Shown: positions 57,010 through 64,000 of the stretch, in pieces
How positions within the stretch are numbered: the first letter of the stretch is position 1
How the letters are laid out: the number at the start of each line of letters is the position of its first letter
Assembly: GCA_903930345.1 (NCBI GenBank)
Contig: CAIYYI010000230.1
Location: 9,689-73,688 of the forward strand
DNA from: an uncultured Verrucomicrobiota bacterium
GTDB lineage: Bacteria > Verrucomicrobiota > Verrucomicrobiia > Limisphaerales > CAIYYI01
Length of the DNA: 64,000 nucleotides
Direction: 5' to 3'
Made by a program: the position numbers and the translations under genes
Notes under the pieces: model-generated
What the model was told of the DNA's origin: nothing
Seen by the model: only the letters and a program-made list of their open reading frames with translations
Database searches by the model: none

Positions 57010-59781
57010 ATGACGCCAATCCGAAAAATGCCGATCCAGCAGAAGCTGATGTTCATCAGCATGCTGACGACCTGCGCAGCCTTGTTGCTGGCCTGCGCGG
57101 CTTTTGTGAGCTTTGAGCAGGCTCACAACCGGGAGGAGTTGCGCAATTACTACGTTTCCCATGCCCGGTTCATCGGAAAAACCAGCATCACCGCGCTCAT
57201 TGCCCAGAACCCCAAAGTCATTGAGGATCTGATGGGTTCACTGGATGCCGACCCCAAAATCATCGCCGCCTGCATTTATGATGTCCGGGGTTCGGTGTTT
57301 GCCACCTACGTGCAGCGGGGGGAAGCGGGTTTTCAATTTCCAGCGGTCCCCTTGGAAGGTCAATGGATTGAGGGGGGGCGGGTGGAGGTGTTCCGGAAAA
57401 TCGTGTTCAGCAATGAGATCATTGGAACCGTCTATCTGGTTGCCCAGGCGGATGATTTGGGCGTGCGGCTGTGGCGTTACGCCGGGATCACCCTGATCGT
57501 GTTGCTGGCGGCTGCCGGGCTGGCGTTCATCATTTCCACGCGGCTGCATCCCATGATTTCGCGCCCCATTCTGAACCTGGCCAAGACCGCGAACGAAGTG
57601 GCGGCGAACAGCAACTATTCGGTCCGGGCGGTCAAGGAGACGGAGGATGAGCTGGGCCACCTGGTTGGCAGCTTTAACTGGATGCTGACCCAGATCCAGG
57701 CCCGGGACGAGGAATTACAGAAGGCGCGCGACGGGTTGGAGCAGCGCGTGGCCGAGCGCATGATGGCGCTCTCCCAAGCCAACGAAATGTTGCGGCGAGA
57801 AAACCAGGAGCGGCAAAAGGCGGAGGAGGCGCTGCGCAACTCCCAGCAAAAGCTGCTGCTGCACATCCGGCAGACCCCCCTGGGGGCCATTGACTGGAAT
57901 TTGCAGTTTGAGGCAATCAACTGGAACCCGGCGGCGGAAAAAATCTTTGGTTTAAGCGAGGCGGAAGCGATCGGATGCCATGCGTGTGACACGATTGTGC
58001 CGGAGAATGTCCATGGGCAGGTGGGGGCGGTTTGGCGCGATTTGATCGAGGGGCGGGGAGGCCGCCACAGCATCAACCAGAACCGCACCAAAGACGGGCG
58101 CATCATCATCTGCGAGTGGTTCAACACGCCGTTGATCAACCGGGATGACCGGGTGGTGGGGGTCGCCTCGCTGGTGCAGGACATCACCCTGCGCGTGGAA
58201 GCGGAGACCGCGCTGCGCCAATCCGAGGAGCGTTTTTCCAAGGCCTTCCGGGCCAGTCCGATGGCTTTGGGCATCACCACCATGGAGATCGGGCGGTTCG
58301 TGGATGTGAACGAGAGTTTTCTGGCGCTGTTTGGGTATCGGGCGGAGGAAATGATCGGGCACACGGCGACCGAGCTGGGATTATGGGGGAACACGCAGGA
58401 TCTGCCCCAGTTGTTGAAACGGTTGAAGGACAACAGCCGGGTGAAGGATGTCAGTTGCCGGTTCCGGAGGAAAGGCGGGGAGGTGCGCAGCACCCTGACC
58501 TCGGTGGAGAGGATTGATCTGGGCAACGAGCCCTGTCTGCTCTACATCGTGCATGACATCACCGAGCGGCTGAGCCTGGAGGAACAGCTCCGGCAGGCGC
58601 AGAAGATGGAGGCGGTGGGACAATTGGCGGCGGGGGTGGCGCATGACTTCAACAACATTCTGACCATTGTGCAGGGACACACCGCACTCCTGCTGGCCAA
58701 GCCCATCACGCAGCCGGGCTTGCGGGAGGCATTGCAACAGGTGGAAGGGGCCTCAGAACGGGCCGCCAATCTGGTGCGTCAGCTCCTGGCCTTCAGCCGA
58801 CGTCAGATCATGCAGCCCCGGGCGCTCGACCTGAACGAACTGGTGCAGAACCTCAGCCGGATGCTGACGCGAATACTGGGGGAGGATATCACGCTGCACT
58901 TGGAGTGTGACGCCGAGGCTCCGGCCATCTCCGCTGATCCGGGCATGGTGGAGCAGGTGATCCTGAACCTGGCGGTGAACGCCCGCGACGCCATGGTCAA
59001 CGGGGGGCAGTTGACCATCAACACCCGCATGGTCACCACCACCGAGGTTGATCGGCAGCACAACCCGGATGCACAATTGGGTGAGTTTGTGTGCCTGACG
59101 GTGACAGATACCGGGTCCGGCATGGATCCGGCCATCATGAAGCGGATTTTTGAGCCTTTTTTCACCACCAAACCGGTGGGCAAGGGGACTGGCCTGGGGT
59201 TGTCCATGGTCTATGGGATTGTGAAGCAGCACGAGGGTTGGGTTGAGGTGGAGAGCCAGGTGGGCGTGGGCACCAGCTTTCGCATCCACCTGCCGTGTGC
59301 CCCCCGTGCATCCTTGGAGGTCAATCACCATGTGCCGCCGCCCGTCGCCGTGGCCACGTTGACTGGCCATGAGACCATCCTGGTGGTGGAGGATGAAGGG
59401 GCACTGCGGGAATTGGTGCGTAACATCCTCCAATATTACGGCTATCGGGTGGTCGAGGCAGGCACCGGCCAGGCCGCCCTGAACTTGTGGGAAAAGGAGG
59501 GGGGAGGGATAGACCTCCTGTTGACCGATATGGTGATGCCGCAGGGCATGACCGGGCGGGATCTGGCCGAGCGCCTGCTCGCGCTAAAACCGGATCTCAA
59601 AGTGATTTACTCCAGCGGTTATAGTCTTGAGCTGGTGGCCCGCAATTTCTCCCTGCGTGAAGGGGTCAACTTCCTGGCGAAACCCTACCACCCGGCGACC
59701 CTTATCCAAGCCGTGCGGGACACCCTCGATGGACGCATCCGTCCGCTGGTGCTCAACGTGGACGACATCAAACCGGTCTGA
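57010..59781 (+). CDS. Hybrid sensor histidine kinase (periplasmic sensor, HAMP, two PAS, HisKA, HATPase, REC)
   Basis: Two TM helices, DELGHL..FN HAMP, PAS domains, AHDFNN, NARDAM, FFTTK..GTGLGL and REC TDMVMP. Confidence 0.95.
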   Translation: MTPIRKMPIQQKLMFISMLTTCAALLLACAAFVSFEQAHNREELRNYYVSHARFIGKTSITALIAQNPKVIEDLMGSLDADPKIIAACIYDVRGSVFATYVQRGEAGFQFPAVPLEGQWIEGGRVEVFRKIVFSNEIIGTVYLVAQADDLGVRLWRYAGITLIVLLAAAGLAFIISTRLHPMISRPILNLAKTANEVAANSNYSVRAVKETEDELGHLVGSFNWMLTQIQARDEELQKARDGLEQRVAERMMALSQANEMLRRENQERQKAEEALRNSQQKLLLHIRQTPLGAIDWNLQFEAINWNPAAEKIFGLSEAEAIGCHACDTIVPENVHGQVGAVWRDLIEGRGGRHSINQNRTKDGRIIICEWFNTPLINRDDRVVGVASLVQDITLRVEAETALRQSEERFSKAFRASPMALGITTMEIGRFVDVNESFLALFGYRAEEMIGHTATELGLWGNTQDLPQLLKRLKDNSRVKDVSCRFRRKGGEVRSTLTSVERIDLGNEPCLLYIVHDITERLSLEEQLRQAQKMEAVGQLAAGVAHDFNNILTIVQGHTALLLAKPITQPGLREALQQVEGASERAANLVRQLLAFSRRQIMQPRALDLNELVQNLSRMLTRILGEDITLHLECDAEAPAISADPGMVEQVILNLAVNARDAMVNGGQLTINTRMVTTTEVDRQHNPDAQLGEFVCLTVTDTGSGMDPAIMKRIFEPFFTTKPVGKGTGLGLSMVYGIVKQHEGWVEVESQVGVGTSFRIHLPCAPRASLEVNHHVPPPVAVATLTGHETILVVEDEGALRELVRNILQYYGYRVVEAGTGQAALNLWEKEGGGIDLLLTDMVMPQGMTGRDLAERLLALKPDLKVIYSSGYSLELVARNFSLREGVNFLAKPYHPATLIQAVRDTLDGRIRPLVLNVDDIKPV

Positions 59782-59867
59782 GCCGGGTGGTGGGGTGTCG
59801 GGCAGGAGGACGTCTGGCTGAAAAAATGGTTCGCAGAAGGCTGCCGATTTGCGCATAGTCTGCCCCC

Positions 59868-60749
59868 ATGAAGTCAATGACAGGCTATGGGCGGGGTGAG
59901 TGCTCCCGTGATGGTTTCAAGCTCACGGTGGAAATCAGTGCTGTGAACCGCAAGCAAAGCGAAATCGGCGTCAACCTGCCGCGGGAGCTGGAGGTGCTGG
60001 AGGCGCAGATTCGTGATCTGATCAACACGCGCATTTCGCGGGGTAAAATCACCACGCGGGTGACGCTGCATGCCGGTGAGGGATTCCGTCCGGTGCGCGT
60101 GCGCCTGAACCGCAACCTGGCGGAGGCCTATGTGAAAGAACTGCGCCTGCTGGGTCGGGAGCTGAAGCTCAACGGCGAACTTTCCCTGGATCTGATGGCG
60201 CGCCTGCCCGGGGTGCTGGAGGCGGACGGGGAGATCAGCGATGCTGAAGATTTCTGGCCGGCGACGGAAAAAGCGACCCAGGCGGCACTGGCGGCGCTGC
60301 TGAAAATGCGGACCCGGGAGGGGGCGCATCTGGCCCGAGACCTGGCCGGGCGGATGAATGTGATGCGCAAGGCGGCTGAAAAGGTGCGCAAACAGGCCCC
60401 GCAGGTGTCGCGCCGCTATCGTGAACAACTCTTGGAGCGCATCAAGACCGCCGGGCTGGATACTCCGGCACCTGACGACGAGCGCCTCCTCAAGGAGGTG
60501 GTTTATTTTGCCGACCGCTCGGATATCACCGAGGAGTTGACCCGTCTGCAAAGCCATTTCCAGCAGTTCGACGACTGCGTGAAGGCGAATGAACCGGTGG
60601 GGCGGACCCTTGATTTCCTCGCGCAGGAAATGAACCGGGAAATCAACACCATCGGCTCCAAGGCCAATGACGCGACCATCTCACAGGCGGTGGTGGTGCT
60701 GAAAACGGAACTGGAGAAGTTTCGGGAGCAGGCCATGAATGTGGAGTAA
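59868..60749 (+). CDS. yicC: YicC/YloC family endoribonuclease
   Basis: MKSMTGYGR, DITEELTRLQSH, GRTLDFLAQEMNREINTIGSK and REQ..NVE. Confidence 0.93.
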   Translation: MKSMTGYGRGECSRDGFKLTVEISAVNRKQSEIGVNLPRELEVLEAQIRDLINTRISRGKITTRVTLHAGEGFRPVRVRLNRNLAEAYVKELRLLGRELKLNGELSLDLMARLPGVLEADGEISDAEDFWPATEKATQAALAALLKMRTREGAHLARDLAGRMNVMRKAAEKVRKQAPQVSRRYREQLLERIKTAGLDTPAPDDERLLKEVVYFADRSDITEELTRLQSHFQQFDDCVKANEPVGRTLDFLAQEMNREINTIGSKANDATISQAVVVLKTELEKFREQAMNVE

Positions 60750-60762
60750 CCGGGGAACCGCC

Positions 60763-61380
60763 ATGCCTGCCCATTCGCCATTGCTGATTGTCATTTCCGC
60801 GCCCTCCGGTGCGGGCAAAACCACCCTGTGTCGCAATCTGCTGGAAGCCGACCCCAGGGTGACGCGCGCCATCACCTGCACCACGCGCCCGCCCCGCCCC
60901 GGCGAACAGCCCGGATTGGACTATCACTTTCTCACGGAGGAGGATTTTCAGGCGCGGGTGGCGGATGGAAAGTTTCTGGAGCACGCCACCGTGTATGGGA
61001 ATTGTTACGGAACGCTGAAGGGCGAGGTGAAAGGACGGCTGGAACGGGGGGGGGATGTGTTGCTGAACATCGATGTGCAGGGTGCGGCCAGCGTGCGTCG
61101 CGAGGCGGCGTCCGATCCGGTGCTGCGCGGGGCTGTCTGCTCGGTGTTTCTCACCCCGGCCACCGTCCAGGAGCTGGAGGGGCGGCTGCGGGGCCGGGGG
61201 CAGGACGCGCCGGAGGTGATCCAGCGCCGTCTGGCGGTGGCCCGCCAGGAACTGGCGCGATGGGAGGAGTTTGATTACCTGCTGATCAGCGACACGCCGG
61301 CGGGGGACTTGCGTCGGTTGCAGGTGATTGTGGAGGCGGAAAAAATGCGCCGCCACCGGTCGGAACTCCCCCAGTACTGA
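60763..61380 (+). CDS. gmk: Guanylate kinase
   Basis: SAPSGAGKTT, TTRPPRPGE..GLDYHF, YGT and IDVQGA. Confidence 0.95.
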   Translation: MPAHSPLLIVISAPSGAGKTTLCRNLLEADPRVTRAITCTTRPPRPGEQPGLDYHFLTEEDFQARVADGKFLEHATVYGNCYGTLKGEVKGRLERGGDVLLNIDVQGAASVRREAASDPVLRGAVCSVFLTPATVQELEGRLRGRGQDAPEVIQRRLAVARQELARWEEFDYLLISDTPAGDLRRLQVIVEAEKMRRHRSELPQY

Positions 61381-61415
61381 GACCTGGGGTACACTGAGGA
61401 CTGGAAAGATTCAAT

Positions 61416-61967
61416 ATGAGCGCTGGAAAAAACATTGTGATGGGAGTGACCGGGTCGATTGCCGCCCACCGGGCGGTGGACCTGGCCAGTCTGCTGGTGA
61501 AAGGGGGTGCCCTGGTGCGGGTGATCCTTACGGCAGACGCCCAGAGGTTTGTCACCGCTGTGCCGTTCAAAACCCTTTCCCGCAACCCGGTGGTGACCGA
61601 TTTGTACGATGAGGATGAGGGGTGGAAACCGGCGCATATCAAGCTGGCGGACGAGGCGGATTTGTTTTTGGTGGCTCCGGCCACCGCCAACACCCTGGCC
61701 AAGCTCGCCCTGGGGCTGGCGGATGACGCACTGACCTGCACGGCCCTGGCGTTGAATCCCGCCGCCAAAATGCTGCTGGCCCCGGCCATGAACGGCAAAA
61801 TGTGGCTGCACCCGGCCACCCAACAAAATGTCCTGACACTGCGGAAGCGCGGGGCGGAGTTCATCGGGCCGGAGGAGGGGATGCTGTCGTGCGGATATGA
61901 GGGGATTGGCCGGATGTGGCCAGTGGAGCAAATCGCTGCGCGGGCTTTGAGCCTGCTGGGTGGCTGA
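61416..61967 (+). CDS. coaC: Phosphopantothenoylcysteine decarboxylase (stand-alone CoaC flavoprotein)
   Basis: GVTGSIAA, HI.LA, APATANTLAK, APAMN..MW and LSCGYEG.GRM; ends without a CoaB domain. Confidence 0.88.
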   Translation: MSAGKNIVMGVTGSIAAHRAVDLASLLVKGGALVRVILTADAQRFVTAVPFKTLSRNPVVTDLYDEDEGWKPAHIKLADEADLFLVAPATANTLAKLALGLADDALTCTALALNPAAKMLLAPAMNGKMWLHPATQQNVLTLRKRGAEFIGPEEGMLSCGYEGIGRMWPVEQIAARALSLLGG

Positions 61968-61997
61968 ACCGGCGGAGCCATCCGACGGGGTTGAACC

Positions 61998-63404
61998 ATG
62001 CGAACCAAACTACTGCGGTGGGAGACCGTGCGAAGGCTGCTCGAGGTGCTTGAGCCGCCGGTGCTGCCCCAGGCCCTGCAGTTGCAGCGGATCCGCTTTG
62101 TGGAACGGGACATCATGATCCCGGTCAAGACGATGTTCGTGGGGGTGCTGGCGTACTACCTGTTCGTCTCGACCTGGATGACGTCGGTGTCCAGCACCCG
62201 TGAGGTGGCCTTGGAGGCCTTGCAGCGGTACTTTTACGTCTATCTCCTCATGAACGTGGGGGTGGTGGCGATGCTGCTCAATCTGACGCGTCTGCCCTTG
62301 CGCACGATGCAGGTGGTCCTGTTCGGGTGCGGCCTGCTGGACAGTGTGATGCTGGCGGGGTTGACGCTGATCACGGGCGGGTTTGAGAGCATCATCTATT
62401 GGATGTTTCCCGCCCTGATTGTGCGCAACGCCATGGCCCTGCCGCTGGCGTTGCCGCAGTTGACGCTGAACTTCCTGGTGATTGGTTTCTACCTGGTGGC
62501 CGGTTTGCTGGATGTGGCGGTGGAGGATTTGGAGCTGGCCGCGCTCGACGAAGCCTCAAGGCGTGCCCTGGGGCTGGCCGCGCCAGAAAACCCGGCCGAG
62601 CCATTCCTATTGCGGTTGATGGTGCTGTTGTTTGTGACCATTTGCTGCTATGGCTTGCAGATGTTGTTTGAGCGGAATCGGCGGGCCAAGGAGGAAGGTC
62701 AGGAGTTTGCTCTGCGCCAGGAGCAGGTCCGGGCGGCCGGGCGGGTGGCGGCCGAGGTGGCCCACCAGATCAAGAATCCGCTTGGCATCATCAACAACGC
62801 GGCCTTTATGTTGCAGCGCACGATGGCCGACGCTCCGGAACTGGTGCGGCAGCAGGTCCAGATAATCCGGGAGGAAGTGGAGCGATCCGACCGGATCGTG
62901 ACCGAGCTGATGGGATACGCGCAGTTGGCCGAGGGACAAGTGGAGCGTTTGGACATGGTCGAGGAACTGGAACGGGCACTGGGGCAGGTGTTTCCAACGG
63001 GAGCGGGCTACAAGGTGGAGATCCAGCGGGAATTTGAGCGCAACCTGCCGCCCGTCCTGATGCAGCGGGGGCATTTGTCCGGGGTGATCGTCAATTTGTT
63101 CACGAACGCCCGGGAGGCGATGGAAGGCCGGGGGCGGCTGGGGGTGGTAGCCAAGGCCATGCCGGACCTGGCGGTGGAACTGGTGGTGACAGACAGCGGG
63201 CCGGGAATCGCGCCGCATCACTTGGAGAAAATTTTCGACGCGCATTACACCACCAAGCCCCGTGGAACCGGTCTGGGGCTGGCCATTGTGCGTCATAACG
63301 TTGAAATATACGGCGGGACGGTGCGCGTAGAATCAGAACTTGGAAAAGGCGCGCGCTTCATTCTAAGATTCCCGTCGAGAACATTGTCGAAACTGGAAAA
63401 CTAA
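61998..63404 (+). CDS. Membrane-bound sensor histidine kinase
   Basis: Multi-TM N-terminus, AHQIKNPL, NAREAM, DSGPG and TTK..GTGLGL. Confidence 0.93.
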   Translation: MRTKLLRWETVRRLLEVLEPPVLPQALQLQRIRFVERDIMIPVKTMFVGVLAYYLFVSTWMTSVSSTREVALEALQRYFYVYLLMNVGVVAMLLNLTRLPLRTMQVVLFGCGLLDSVMLAGLTLITGGFESIIYWMFPALIVRNAMALPLALPQLTLNFLVIGFYLVAGLLDVAVEDLELAALDEASRRALGLAAPENPAEPFLLRLMVLLFVTICCYGLQMLFERNRRAKEEGQEFALRQEQVRAAGRVAAEVAHQIKNPLGIINNAAFMLQRTMADAPELVRQQVQIIREEVERSDRIVTELMGYAQLAEGQVERLDMVEELERALGQVFPTGAGYKVEIQREFERNLPPVLMQRGHLSGVIVNLFTNAREAMEGRGRLGVVAKAMPDLAVELVVTDSGPGIAPHHLEKIFDAHYTTKPRGTGLGLAIVRHNVEIYGGTVRVESELGKGARFILRFPSRTLSKLEN

Positions 63405-64000
63405 TGAGTGTACCTTTACCACCAGTGCTCGTGGTTGATGACGAGCGGAACATGCGGGTCTCCTTGCAATCGGTGTTGGTGAGCGAGGGATACCGGGTCG
63501 AGGCTGTGGAGTCGGCCGAAGACGCGCTCAAGCAGTTGGAGCGCGAAGATTACTTCATGGTGATCACCGATGCCCGCTTGGGTGGAATGAGCGGGTATGA
63601 CTTCATCCGGCAGGCGCATCAGCGGTGGCCGCAAGTGCCGCTCCTGATGATCACAGCCTATGCCACCCCGAAGCTGGCGGTGGAGGCGATCAACGCCGGG
63701 GCGCTTGATTATCTTGCTAAACCGTTTGCACCAGAGGAGCTTCTGCATGCAGTTGCGCGTTGTGCTGAACGGCACCGGTTGGTGCAGGAAAACGCTGTTC
63801 TGAGGGCCAAAGCCAGCGAGACCTTCACTTTGGAACAGATTATTGGCGAATCACCGCGCATGATGGAATTGCGGCAATTGATCCAAACGGTGGCCCCCAC
63901 GAATGCCACAGTCCTGATTCTGGGGGAGAGCGGCACCGGCAAAGAACTGGTGGCTGGGGCGTTGCACAGCCTCAGTTCCCGCAAGCGCAATCATTACGTG
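63404..64000 (+). CDS. Sigma-54-dependent (NtrC-family) response regulator, partial
   Basis: Not in the track because it lacks a stop in the window. ATG overlaps the kinase TAA: MSVPLPPVLVVDDERNMR..ITDARLGGMSG..AKPF..IIGESPRM..ILGESGTGKELVA. Confidence 0.93.
   Translation, partial: MSVPLPPVLVVDDERNMRVSLQSVLVSEGYRVEAVESAEDALKQLEREDYFMVITDARLGGMSGYDFIRQAHQRWPQVPLLMITAYATPKLAVEAINAGALDYLAKPFAPEELLHAVARCAERHRLVQENAVLRAKASETFTLEQIIGESPRMMELRQLIQTVAPTNATVLILGESGTGKELVAGALHSLSSRKRNHYV

Overview
A GC-rich bacterial chromosomal window. It probably comes from Verrucomicrobiota (a Pedosphaerales/Limisphaerales-like lineage); this is inferred from secreted proteins ending in an F(Y/V)R(L/M) module, a stand-alone coaC, tandem DUF1080 domains and a kinase-MurQ fusion. 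The left 13.4 kb is the highlight: a putative extracellular electron transfer island arranged in two divergent arms. The leftward arm encodes an Fe-S-type Rrf2 regulator, a tetraheme cytochrome closely resembling the Geobacter OmcE nanowire subunit, an NHL propeller and a truncated beta-barrel-like protein absent from the ORF track. The rightward arm encodes a 13-heme cytochrome with two phage-tail-like beta inserts, a ResB-lipoprotein fusion, CcsA, a cobalamin-dependent radical SAM enzyme and two more NHL proteins. The 13.6-36.6 kb stretch is accessory: CotH kinase, a 2098-aa orphan secreted protein, a CoA-disulfide reductase/rhodanese pair, carbohydrate-active and Tat-exported enzymes, a repeat mosaic, a small HTH gene, tRNA-Ser(GGA) and a GH128-like multidomain protein. 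The right half is mostly housekeeping: thiH, vapBC, mnmE, Crp/Fnr, murQ fusion, paired MBL hydrolases, nadC-birA-coaX-trpA-manC, aspS, yicC-gmk-coaC and two-component genes. All family assignments come from motif recognition by eye; no database searches were run.
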